64,000 nucleotides of DNA from Alphaproteobacteria bacterium (GTDB lineage Bacteria > Pseudomonadota > Alphaproteobacteria > Reyranellales > JAQSWP01), in assembly GCA_029266575.1 (NCBI GenBank), contig JAQSWP010000005.1, positions 343 to 64,342 of the forward strand. Direction: 5' to 3'. Below are positions 8,871 through 17,856 of this stretch, piece by piece. The notes under the pieces are model-generated. The model searched no databases, was not told where the DNA came from, and saw nothing but the letters and a program-made list of their open reading frames with translations. Within the stretch, counting starts at the first letter, position 1. The number at the start of each line of letters is the position of its first letter. Both the position numbers and the translations under genes were made by a program.

Positions 8871-10501
8871 CAACGCGACCCCGTCCGCTTCAGTGCCACG
8901 CCCAAAGTTTCGGAGGCCAGCTCGCGCAACTTGAACTTCTGCACCTTGTCGGTGCCCGAGGTCAGCGGGAAACTTTCGACGAAAATGACGTGGCTCGGCA
9001 CTTTGAACGAGGCCAGATTCTGACGCGCAAACTCGATCAGCTCCGATTGCATCGGCCGCGCGCCGGGCTTGGGGATGACGAAGGCCACGCCCATGTCGCC
9101 CAGTTCCGGATGCGGCAGCCCGACCAGCGAAGCGTTGGCCACCATCGGATGCTTACGCAGCAAGGTCTCGATCTCGGCGGGCGAGACGTTGAAGCCTTTG
9201 GTTTTGTAGCCGTCACCAAGCCGGCCCTCGAACACCAGCCGCCCGTCGGGGCGCAGATAGCCCTGGTCGCCGGTATGGAACCAGCCCTCGCCATCGACGG
9301 CCTTGGCCGTTTCGACCGGCTTGTTGTAGTAGCCCTTCATGATGCAGTAGGAGCGCGCCCAGATCTCGCCGCTCTCGCCCACCGGCACGTCTTCGCCGGT
9401 CTGCTGGTCGATGATCCTGATTTCGACGTCGGGCAACGGCTTGCCCTGGTTGTCGATGCGCTCCTCCAGCGGCTCGTCCCAGCGGTTGCGGGTCAGCACC
9501 GTGGTGCTTTCCGTCAGGCCATAGCCGGTCATCATGCCGGGGATTGCCAAATCCCTCGCCACTTTCATCAGCACGTCGTGATCGGCGCTCAACACCATGG
9601 CGATGCGCATGGAGGACAGGTCGTAATCCTTGCGTTTGGGATGCTCCAGCAATGCGGTGATCATTGGCGGCAGCAAATGCGTCACGGAGCAGCGTTCGTT
9701 CTGCCAGTCCTTCATTGCCTGCTCGGCATCGAAGCGGTCGGCGATCACCACGCCGCCGCCCCTGATCCATACCGGATAGACGCCGTTCATGCTGGCCATC
9801 GAACCGAACATCGGGATGGCGAGATAGAACTTGTCCCTTTCCGTCATGTCGACCGGCGTGCCGATATCCCACGCCTTGCGCCAGACGCAATGGGTGATCA
9901 TGGCGCCTTTGGGCAGCGCGGTGGTGCCGGAGCTGTAGGAAATCAGCGCCGGCTGGTCGGGATCGGTGGCGTAAGGCGGCACCGGCAGATCCCGCGTCAG
10001 CCCGTCCGACCAGTCGGTGACGCCCGGCAGTTTGGCGCGGTCGTAAGAATCGATGGCGATGACGTGCTGCATCATCGGCAGCGCCGCAATCTGCAATTTG
10101 CCCGGCTGCATCAACTCGGGGCACAATTCCGCCAGGTCGCCCAGGAAATCGCGGAAGGCGGCATCGCCCGGCACGATGACGACGCGGCTGTCGGACTGGC
10201 GCAATTGATAGGCGAACTCCTCCAGCCGCAGGCGGGTGTTGAGGATCACCGGCACCAGCCCCATCTGCGCCGCGCCCAGCAAATACCAGAGATATTCCGG
10301 CCGGTTCGGCAGCCAGATCGAGATCGTGCTCCCCGGTTCCAGACCTAAAGTCGCCAGCCGCCCGGAAGCGCGGTCGACCAGCTTCTTGACGTCGGAAAAA
10401 TTCCAGCGCTGGTCGCGATAGACCAGCGCCTCGTTGGTCGGGAACGTCCTGGCCATGTAGTCGATAGCCTGGGCATAGGTCTTGCCGGCGAACTGATTCA
10501 C
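8870..10501 (-). CDS. AMP-forming acyl-CoA ligase, family member 2
   Basis: 543 aa with YSSGTTALPKGAMITH and GYGLTE. GTG start 10501 overlaps the upstream stop by 4 nt. Confidence 0.9.
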   Translation of the reverse strand: MNQFAGKTYAQAIDYMARTFPTNEALVYRDQRWNFSDVKKLVDRASGRLATLGLEPGSTISIWLPNRPEYLWYLLGAAQMGLVPVILNTRLRLEEFAYQLRQSDSRVVIVPGDAAFRDFLGDLAELCPELMQPGKLQIAALPMMQHVIAIDSYDRAKLPGVTDWSDGLTRDLPVPPYATDPDQPALISYSSGTTALPKGAMITHCVWRKAWDIGTPVDMTERDKFYLAIPMFGSMASMNGVYPVWIRGGGVVIADRFDAEQAMKDWQNERCSVTHLLPPMITALLEHPKRKDYDLSSMRIAMVLSADHDVLMKVARDLAIPGMMTGYGLTESTTVLTRNRWDEPLEERIDNQGKPLPDVEIRIIDQQTGEDVPVGESGEIWARSYCIMKGYYNKPVETAKAVDGEGWFHTGDQGYLRPDGRLVFEGRLGDGYKTKGFNVSPAEIETLLRKHPMVANASLVGLPHPELGDMGVAFVIPKPGARPMQSELIEFARQNLASFKVPSHVIFVESFPLTSGTDKVQKFKLRELASETLGVALKRTGSR

Positions 10502-12120
10502 GACGCGACCTTCTCCCGCGCCAGAACCTGCAGCGCCAGTTCCCGCAGCTTGAATTTCTGAATCTTGCCGGTGCCCGCCGTCACCGGGAATTCCTCGACG
10601 AAGAACACGTGCGCCGGCACCTTGAAGGAGGCGAGTTTCGCCTTGGCGAATTCGATGATCTCCTGCTCGCTGGCCTTGATGCCCTGTTTGCGAATGACGA
10701 ACGCAGCGCCAACGGCGCCGAAGCGGGCATGCGGCAGGTCGGTGACGCTCACCGCCGCGATCGCCGGATGCCTGGCCAGGCTGGCCTCGACCTCCGCCGT
10801 CGCGACATTGAAGCCGTTATGCTTGTAGCCATCCTTGACCCGGCGCAGGAACTTGATGGTGCCGTCGGCGCGATGGATGCCGAGATCGCCGGTCTTGAAC
10901 CAGTCACCGTCGGCGAAAGCGCGCCTGGTCTCTTCCGGCTTGTTGTAATAGCCCAGCATGACGTTATAGCCGCGTACCTGGATCTCGCCTTCCTCGCCAC
11001 GCTGCAGCACGGCATTGCTATCGGGATCGGCCACCCGCACTTCAATATCCGGCAGCACCTTGCCGTGGGCGTTGATGCGATCTTCCAGCGGCTCGTGCCA
11101 GTAGCTGCGCGTCGCCGCCGACGACGTCTCGGTCATGCCATAGGAGGTGAAAACCTCTTTCATGCCCAGCTCGTTGGCCGCCTTGCGAAACACCACCGGG
11201 TCGATGGTCAGCACGATGCCGGTGCGCAGGCGCGACAGATCGTAGGACTTGAAATCCGCATGCTCCAGCATCTTGTCGATCATCAGCGGCAGCACATACA
11301 CGGCCGTGCACTGGCGATCCTGCAGGATCTGCAGCGTTTCCGTGGCATCGAAACGATCGTCGAGGATAACGCTGGAGCCGCGCGACCAGAAGGTCAGCAC
11401 GCCATTGATGCTGCTCAGGATGCCGAACATCGGCACGCAGAGATAAAGCCGGTCCTGCGCCGTCTGATTGAAGCGCTCGCCGTGATCCCAGGCCTTGCGG
11501 AAGACGCTGTGATTGAGCATGGCGCCCTTGGGCAGCGCCGTGGTGCCGGACGAATAGGCGATCAGCGATGCCGCCAGCGGATCGGTCGCCAGAGGCGCCG
11601 GCGGCAGATCGCCCATCGGCTTCGACCAGTCGGTAACGCCTTTGTATTTGGGATCAAACGCATCCAGCGCCACGACAGAGCGCAGCTTGGGCAACGCCGC
11701 GCAATCGAGCGCGCCCGGCTTGCCGTTGAGCAGCTCCGGACACACACCGGCGAGATCACCGAGGAAGTCTCGGTAGTCGGTGCCGCCCGGCACGATCACC
11801 GCTGTGCTGTCGGACTGGTCGATCTGGTAGGTGAATTCTTCCGGCTGCAGGCGGGTGTTCAGCGTCACCGCCACCGCGCCGATCTGTCCCGCCCCCAGCC
11901 AGTACCAGAGAAACTCCGGCCGGTTGGGCAGCCACACCGCCACCTTGTCGCCTTCGCGAATGCCGATGCTGTAGAGCCGCGCCGCGGCGCGTTCGATCTC
12001 GGTCCTGACGTCGATGAAGCTCCAGTCGCGGCCCTTGAACGACAGCGCGAGGCGCTCGCCGTGCTGTCTGGCCAGCAGCGCGATCGATTGGCCGGTGGTC
12101 AGACCCTTGAACGGATTCAT
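10498..12120 (-). CDS. AMP-forming acyl-CoA ligase, family member 3
   Basis: 540 aa with YSSGTTALPKGAMLNH and SYGMTE. ATG 12120 overlaps the hydrolase stop (ATGA). Confidence 0.9.
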   Translation of the reverse strand: MNPFKGLTTGQSIALLARQHGERLALSFKGRDWSFIDVRTEIERAAARLYSIGIREGDKVAVWLPNRPEFLWYWLGAGQIGAVAVTLNTRLQPEEFTYQIDQSDSTAVIVPGGTDYRDFLGDLAGVCPELLNGKPGALDCAALPKLRSVVALDAFDPKYKGVTDWSKPMGDLPPAPLATDPLAASLIAYSSGTTALPKGAMLNHSVFRKAWDHGERFNQTAQDRLYLCVPMFGILSSINGVLTFWSRGSSVILDDRFDATETLQILQDRQCTAVYVLPLMIDKMLEHADFKSYDLSRLRTGIVLTIDPVVFRKAANELGMKEVFTSYGMTETSSAATRSYWHEPLEDRINAHGKVLPDIEVRVADPDSNAVLQRGEEGEIQVRGYNVMLGYYNKPEETRRAFADGDWFKTGDLGIHRADGTIKFLRRVKDGYKHNGFNVATAEVEASLARHPAIAAVSVTDLPHARFGAVGAAFVIRKQGIKASEQEIIEFAKAKLASFKVPAHVFFVEEFPVTAGTGKIQKFKLRELALQVLAREKVAS

Positions 12121-12992
12121 GCGCGGCCCTCGAGCGCCTGCAGGAGGGCCGCGTTCACCGCTTCCGGCTCCTCATACATCACCCAGTGGCCGGCGCCTTC
12201 GATCAGGCAGGTTTCCAGCCTGGGAAAACGTTCTTTCATCCGCTGCAGGCAGGTCCTGACATCGGGGTTCATGTAGCAATCGTGTTCGCCGAACAGCATG
12301 ATCGCCTTGTGCGCGATCTGGTCCAGCGCATCGAACATGGTGGTCGAGGTCGAGATCGGCATGCCCAGCAGGGACCGCTTCTGCGCCAGAAGCTTGCGCT
12401 GCACGTCGATCGCCTGGTCGTCGATCTTGCCGCGGTCATGGATCATCGACAGCGCCAAATTCTCGCGCACGATGGCGCGCACCTGATCCAGGCTCATGCT
12501 GCGGCTGAGCTTCTGCAGCTCATGCGTCTTGTTCGCCCACATCTCGCCCATGCCGGACGCGCCCAGCACCACCACCGCGCCGGCTTTATTGCCGAGCAGC
12601 GCGGTAGCATGAGCGGCGATGGAGGAACCCAGCGAGAATGCCGCCAGCAGGACTTCCTGCGGACCGGAATCGAGCTGCTTCACCGCTTGCGCGAAATAAT
12701 GCGCCAGCGCCGGCGCCGTGTGCGGCTGCGGCGCAGCGGGCGAATCGCCCAGGCCCGGCAGGTCGGCGGCGAAGACGCGGTGGTTCGCGGCAAGCCCGTC
12801 GATGTTGCGCAGCCAGTGCTTCCAGGAGCCGAAGCCGCCATGCAGCAGGAAGATCGCGGACCCTTGCGCGCCCCATTGCCGCCAGGCGATGTAGTTCTCG
12901 CCGCACGGTGTGCGGTGTAGCCGCGCGGTGCGCTCGAGCCGGTCTTCCAGCGCGTGGATCTGCGGCGCAGCCTGTTGCTGCTCAGCGAGCAT
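12117..12992 (-). CDS. Alpha/beta-fold hydrolase
   Basis: Only the last 291 codons of the 409-aa ORF look protein-like (MLAEQQQAAPQIHALE...). They carry FLLHGGFGSW, the nucleophile elbow AFSLGS and a C-terminal GAGHWVMYEEPE. The start overlaps the end of the rhodanese gene by 11 nt. Confidence 0.8.
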   Translation of the reverse strand: MLAEQQQAAPQIHALEDRLERTARLHRTPCGENYIAWRQWGAQGSAIFLLHGGFGSWKHWLRNIDGLAANHRVFAADLPGLGDSPAAPQPHTAPALAHYFAQAVKQLDSGPQEVLLAAFSLGSSIAAHATALLGNKAGAVVVLGASGMGEMWANKTHELQKLSRSMSLDQVRAIVRENLALSMIHDRGKIDDQAIDVQRKLLAQKRSLLGMPISTSTTMFDALDQIAHKAIMLFGEHDCYMNPDVRTCLQRMKERFPRLETCLIEGAGHWVMYEEPEAVNAALLQALEGRA

Positions 12993-14574
12993 GATCCGCG
13001 TGCTTCTCGTATTTGTGGCCGAGCTTAATCTCCCAGTCGAGATAGCGCAGCATGCCCTCGCGGCCCTGCTCGTAAGGCGGCAGCCAGAAATCGGGACCAC
13101 CGAAAGTTTCCGTCGGCTTGCCCTTCTCCAGCGCCAAACCGGCATCGCGCCAGGCCTTGGTGCCGCCTTCCAGCACCTTGACGTTCTTGTAGCCCAGATC
13201 GTGCAAGGTGGCGGCGGCGAACACCGACTGCCCCTCTTCCGACGCCGTGACGATGATCGGATCGGCGGGCGAGGCCACGTCCTTGATGATGTTCTCCAGC
13301 CAGCCGCGCGGGCGCCACTTGGCGCCGGGCAAATGGCCGGCGGCATATTGCAGGCTGGCGCCGACGTCGAGCACCAGATGCTTGCCTGCCTTCACGAGCT
13401 GGTCGATCTCGGCCGGCTTCAGCTTGGTGACTTTCTTCGCCGCCTCGTCGATGCCCAGCGGCTTGGGATGCTTGCGGCCCGCCACCAGCTTCTCGCCGGC
13501 TGCCGTCCAGGCATCGACGCCGCCTTTGAGCACGAATACCTTCTCCATGCCCATGCGACGATACCAGTAGCCGGTCATCATGGCGCGGGCTTCGTTCTGG
13601 TCGATCAGCACCACGGTGGCGTCGCGCACCAGCACGAAATCGTCGGTGCGCTGCACCGCCTGGCCGCCCGGCAGCGAGATCGTGCCGTCGATATGGCCGG
13701 CCTGGTAGGATTTCAACGGGCGGACGTCGAAGACATAGATGTTCTGTGTCTTGCTGGCCGGGATCAGCTTCTTGAGTTCGGCCTGGTCGATATGGCGGAC
13801 GCCGAATTCCTTGCCCAGCCTGGCCGCTTCGGCCTCGGCCTTGGCGATGCTGTCCTTGCTTGGCTCGCCGACCGGCCTGGCCTCGCCCTTTTCCAGCTTG
13901 CCATCTTCCAGCAGCCAGCCGGACGTGCCGTTCTCCAGCGCGAAAACGTTCTTGAAGCCCAGCCGGTGCAGGCTGGAGGTGCCGATGATGCTGCGGGTGC
14001 GGCCGGCGCAATTGACCACGATGGTCGAGTAGTCCTTCGCCAGATCGGCCGCCTTCAGTGCGATGTCGAAGCTCGGGCAGCTCACCGCTCCCGGCAGATG
14101 GCCGCCGAGGAATTCCTCCGGCGTACGCACGTCGCAGGTGACGACCTTGGGATCCTTGGCCATCTTGGCGTATTCGGTGACGGTGATCGAGGGCACATGC
14201 TCGACGACATGGATCATCTCGCCGAAATCCTTCGACGGCACGTTGGTGCCGGTCATGATCTCGCCGCCCGCTTCCTTCTCCCACGCCGGCAGGCCGCCCT
14301 TGATCTCCTGGGCGTTGGCGTAACCGATGGCATGCAGGGTCTTCAGCGCCAGCTCGGCGCGATTGTCCTGGCCGCCGCCATAGATGAAGACGCGCGTCTG
14401 CTTGTCCGGCACCAGTTCGGCCATGCGGAATTCGATCAGCCGGCGCGGCAGGGTCGAGGCGCCGAAGATATGGCCGTCGACCGTCTCGCCCTTCTCGCGC
14501 ACGTCGAACAGCGCCCAGTCGCGCGCTTTCGCGTCATAGAGTTTCTTGAAATCCTTGGCGCTGATAGTGCTCAT
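12982..14574 (-). CDS. Multi-domain rhodanese-like sulfurtransferase (four rhodanese repeats, one catalytic Cys)
   Basis: 530 aa with four repeats of the rhodanese pattern (..FDVR....GH(I/L)PGA....). Only repeat 2 carries an active-site loop (VVNCAGRTRSI). Confidence 0.85.
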   Translation of the reverse strand: MSTISAKDFKKLYDAKARDWALFDVREKGETVDGHIFGASTLPRRLIEFRMAELVPDKQTRVFIYGGGQDNRAELALKTLHAIGYANAQEIKGGLPAWEKEAGGEIMTGTNVPSKDFGEMIHVVEHVPSITVTEYAKMAKDPKVVTCDVRTPEEFLGGHLPGAVSCPSFDIALKAADLAKDYSTIVVNCAGRTRSIIGTSSLHRLGFKNVFALENGTSGWLLEDGKLEKGEARPVGEPSKDSIAKAEAEAARLGKEFGVRHIDQAELKKLIPASKTQNIYVFDVRPLKSYQAGHIDGTISLPGGQAVQRTDDFVLVRDATVVLIDQNEARAMMTGYWYRRMGMEKVFVLKGGVDAWTAAGEKLVAGRKHPKPLGIDEAAKKVTKLKPAEIDQLVKAGKHLVLDVGASLQYAAGHLPGAKWRPRGWLENIIKDVASPADPIIVTASEEGQSVFAAATLHDLGYKNVKVLEGGTKAWRDAGLALEKGKPTETFGGPDFWLPPYEQGREGMLRYLDWEIKLGHKYEKHADHAR

Positions 14575-14628
14575 GACTGCCTCGCGGAAAATGTCGGAAA
14601 GGGAGAAGAACGCGCCGATGGCCAGCGC

Positions 14629-15789
14629 CTAGTTCTTCTTCCGCTGATCGTTCTTCCGGCCGAGGATTTCGGCCGCGATCATGTTCTTGTGGATCTGCAC
14701 CGTGCCGCCATAGATCGAGCCGCCGCGCACTTCGGTGTAGCGCTGCACCATCGGGTAATCCTTGGTGTAGCCGTTGGCGCCCAGGATCTGCAGCGCATCG
14801 TCGCAGATCTCCTTGGCCGCATTGGCCGTGTAGACCTTGGCGATCGAGGTCTCGAGCCGGTCCGGCAGGCCGGTGTCGCCCGCCCCGGCGGCCGCGCGAT
14901 AGGTCAGGAGCTTGGCGGCATCGAGCTTGATGCGCATGTCGGCCAGCATCCATTGCAGGCCCTGGAAATCGGCGATCTCGCGGCCGAACTGTTTGCGCTC
15001 CTTGGCATAGGCAAGCGCATATTCGTAAGCCGCCTGCGCCGAGCCCAGCATGCGCGAGATGCTGCCCAGCCGCTCGCCGTTATAGATGCTGATCAGTTTG
15101 CCGAAGGCGTTCTCGCGGATCAGGATGTTCTCGACCGGCACCTTGCACTCGTCGAAATAGAGTTCGAACAGCAATTCGTCGGCCATGTTGATGGTGCCGT
15201 TGGAGCGGGTGAAGCCCGGCGCATCGTGCGGCACGATGACGGCGCCGATATCCTTGGCCGAGCCGGTGTCGGCCAGCCGGCAATAGAGCACGGTGTAGTC
15301 GTTGGCGTTGACGGCGCTGACGAACTGCTTGTGGCCCTTGATGACGACGTGGTCGCCGACGATGCGCCCCTTGGTCTTCATCTCGGTGGCGGCGGAACCT
15401 GCTTCCGGCTCGGTGATGCCGATGGAAATGCCGATCTCGCCGGCGGTGGAGCGCTTGACCAGCTCCTTCTGCTTCTCGTTGCCCAGCTTGGCGATGGCGC
15501 CGACCGCGCCGGTCGAGGAGCGATGCGCGATGCTGCCGATCGCCGAATCGCAGGCCTGCAGGGTCTGGGTCAGCAGCAAGGTGTCGAGCAGCGGCAGGCC
15601 CGAGCCGCCCAGCTCGACCGGCATGTTGACGCCCAGCAGCCCGTAATGCGCCATTTCCTTGCGCAGCTTCCTGGTGCCATCGGCCGAATGCACGTCGTTG
15701 TTGTCGATGAACGGCTTCAGCTTGCGCGCATAGACTTCCCTGGCTGACTCGATCAGTTGCTGCTGGCGTTCATTGATGGCGAAATCCAT
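14629..15789 (-). CDS. Acyl-CoA dehydrogenase
   Basis: 386 aa with ACAD-fold signatures (GITEPEAGSA, KQFVS, GANGYTKDYPMVQRYTEVRGGSIYGGT). A Glu sits at the isovaleryl-CoA-dehydrogenase-like position (YNGERLGS). First gene of the long minus-strand operon. Confidence 0.85.
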   Translation of the reverse strand: MDFAINERQQQLIESAREVYARKLKPFIDNNDVHSADGTRKLRKEMAHYGLLGVNMPVELGGSGLPLLDTLLLTQTLQACDSAIGSIAHRSSTGAVGAIAKLGNEKQKELVKRSTAGEIGISIGITEPEAGSAATEMKTKGRIVGDHVVIKGHKQFVSAVNANDYTVLYCRLADTGSAKDIGAVIVPHDAPGFTRSNGTINMADELLFELYFDECKVPVENILIRENAFGKLISIYNGERLGSISRMLGSAQAAYEYALAYAKERKQFGREIADFQGLQWMLADMRIKLDAAKLLTYRAAAGAGDTGLPDRLETSIAKVYTANAAKEICDDALQILGANGYTKDYPMVQRYTEVRGGSIYGGTVQIHKNMIAAEILGRKNDQRKKN

Positions 15790-15851
15790 CGTCCCTACCC
15801 CTTTTCAGCCATGGATTTGGGGCCGACAACAGCCCGTTCCGCTAGCTTCTT

Positions 15852-15860
15852 GATACAAAT
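15852..15860. promoter_or_regulatory. GATACAAAT half-site of the recurrent TTGTATC/GATACAA motif, upstream of the ACAD operon
   Basis: Read directly in the 484-nt divergent intergenic region. Next to it is the palindrome ACAATTGT (15865-15872). Confidence 0.3.
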
Positions 15861-16152
15861 TAAGACAATTGTTGCCGCCGAAAAGGAAACAATCAAGTTC
15901 ATTCGCCCTTCCCTAACCGCATGGCCCCAAGGCAGAAAAACGATGCAGAACTGGACGCTTATGCAGCTTTTAGCGATCGCACCCGCTTGTCGCGACAGAA
16001 ACAGCGTTTCGGCTCGTCGACTGGTTCGAAGCTTCCGCCTGAGCAAAGCTTCTGCGGCTTGTGTGTTGATTAAATTTGATTTTTTTTAATAAGGCTGGCA
16101 ACAAGTCAGGCCGCGAACAAGCCGCATACTGAAATTGCATCAATTTTGGTAG

Positions 16153-16168
16153 ATTGTATCTATAACAT
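16153..16168. promoter_or_regulatory. ATTGTATCTATAACAT, an imperfect copy of the recurrent operator-like motif upstream of the carboxyltransferase gene
   Basis: Read directly; lies about 105 nt upstream of ATG 16274. Confidence 0.35.
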
Positions 16169-16273
16169 TGCGTGACGATACGGCTTTGCGCTTTAATGCG
16201 CTGCGACAGGGATGAAACGGCCGGCTGCAGTGCGAGACTGCGGCAGACGGCGAAACGGGGTTTGAGAGCGACG

Positions 16274-17818
16274 ATGGACAAGGCACTGCTGCAAGAACTG
16301 GACGAGAAGCGCAAAAAGGGACGCGCTCCCGGTCACGTCAACACCAAGAAAAACGCCCAGTCGCTGCATCCCGACAAGCTGTCGGCGCGCGAGCGCATCA
16401 ATCTGCTGCTCGATCCCGGCTCGTTCGAGGAACTCGGCGTACTGGCGCGCAGCCAGAACAAGGACCTCTACGACCGCTCGCCGGCCGACGGGCTGATCGC
16501 GGGCTGCGGCAAGATCGACGGCCGCGTCGTCTATGTTAGTTCCGACGATTCGACGGTTCTGGCCGGCACGCGCGGGCGGGTCGGCGAGCTCAAGACCCAG
16601 CGCCTGCGCGAGATGGCGGAGAAGCACAACAAGCCTTACATCGCGCTGATGGAAGCCGGCGCCGGCCGCTTCCAGGAAATCAACGGCGCCACTGCCGCCG
16701 GCGTCGGCAACCGCTTCCGCGAGCATTTCCGCCTCTCGGGCCGCGTGCCAATGGTCGCCGCCTTCATGGGCGCCTGTTTCGGCGGCCCCTCCTTCACCGG
16801 CCAGCAATCCGATTTCATCACCATCGTCGACGGCACCGGCTTCATGGGCATGTCGGGCCCGCCGGTGGTCAAGGTCGGCATCGGCATCGACGTGACGCGC
16901 GAGGAAATCGGCTCGGGCCAGCTGAGCGCCGCCGTCACCGGCCAGGCCGACCATCTGGGCAGCAACGAGAAGGAATCGCTGCTGGCGATCCGCACCTTCC
17001 TGTCCTATTTCCCGTCGAGCTGCTTCGATCTGCCGCCAGTGCACGAGCCCAGGCCGGCGCCGTGCGATACGCCGGAAGGCAAGGAGAAGATCAACGCGCT
17101 GGTGTCGGAGAACCACCGCCGCGGCTACAACATGGAGCAGCTGGTCCGCATGCTGGTCGATGGCGGCGAGCTGTTCGTCTATCGTCCGCTCTATGGCCGC
17201 AACCTTTTGACCACGTTGTGCCGCATCAACGGCCGCTCGGTCGGCATCGTCGCCAACAACCCGATGCACCTGGCCGGCGCGCTCAACCACGAGGCGGCGA
17301 TCAAGGCGCGCAAATTCATCGATCTGTGCGACGCCTACCACATCCCGATGGTTTTCCTGTGCGACTGCCCGGGCTTCCTGGTCGGGCCCGACATGGAAAA
17401 GAACCGCATGGTGAGCCTGGCCTCGCGCATGCTGAATTCGGTGATCGCCACCACCGTGCCGAAAGTCACGGTCGTCATCCGCAAGGCGATCGGCCTGGCC
17501 TATATCGCCATGGGCGGCAAGACCATGAACCCCGACGTCATCGTCGGCTGGCCGACCTCGTTCTTCGACGCCATGGGCCCGGCGGCCGGCGTCGAGCTGG
17601 TGCATGGGCGCAAGATCAAGGAAGCGGCCGATCCCGAAGCGCTGCGCGCGGAGCTGATGCAGAAGGTGCTGGAGGAGGGCAACGGCTATCTCGCCGCCGA
17701 ACGCGCCTTGCTCGACGACATCATCAGCCCGTGCGAGACGCGCAATCTCATCATCAGCGTGCTGGAGCGCCATCCCCAGCCACGCCAGCCGGGCTTCAAG
17801 CATCGCATCGATCCCTGA
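16274..17818 (+). CDS. Acyl-CoA carboxylase beta-type carboxyltransferase (divergent)
   Basis: Start moved to ATG 16274 (MDKALLQELDEKRKKG). Shows two-domain carboxyltransferase signatures: LSARERINLLLDPGSFEE, GRVVYVSSDDSTVLAGT, GAGRFQE, CDCPGFLVGP. Confidence 0.8.
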   Translation: MDKALLQELDEKRKKGRAPGHVNTKKNAQSLHPDKLSARERINLLLDPGSFEELGVLARSQNKDLYDRSPADGLIAGCGKIDGRVVYVSSDDSTVLAGTRGRVGELKTQRLREMAEKHNKPYIALMEAGAGRFQEINGATAAGVGNRFREHFRLSGRVPMVAAFMGACFGGPSFTGQQSDFITIVDGTGFMGMSGPPVVKVGIGIDVTREEIGSGQLSAAVTGQADHLGSNEKESLLAIRTFLSYFPSSCFDLPPVHEPRPAPCDTPEGKEKINALVSENHRRGYNMEQLVRMLVDGGELFVYRPLYGRNLLTTLCRINGRSVGIVANNPMHLAGALNHEAAIKARKFIDLCDAYHIPMVFLCDCPGFLVGPDMEKNRMVSLASRMLNSVIATTVPKVTVVIRKAIGLAYIAMGGKTMNPDVIVGWPTSFFDAMGPAAGVELVHGRKIKEAADPEALRAELMQKVLEEGNGYLAAERALLDDIISPCETRNLIISVLERHPQPRQPGFKHRIDP

Positions 17819-17856
17819 TCGCTTTTCCGCGTCGATTTCGTTTTAGCGGAGGAAGC

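Noticed and set aside
12910-15747. 945-aa plus-strand ORF
   Set aside because: It lies antisense to the rhodanese and ACAD genes. It is rich in Arg, Ala, Gly and Leu with no recognisable motifs, which is a typical GC-driven open antisense frame.
16080-16087. T8 tract as a rho-independent terminator
   Set aside because: No GC-rich stem lies immediately upstream. The nearest hairpin (GAAGCTT..AAGCTTC, 16028-16052) is 28 nt away and weak.
16096-16112. Sigma-54-like TGGCA element
   Set aside because: The downstream -12 GC element (TTGC) is missing at the required spacing.
15795-16314. Small ORFs (83-114 aa) in the long intergenic region
   Set aside because: They have no RBS or protein-like composition, overlap each other on both strands, and are better explained as a regulatory region.
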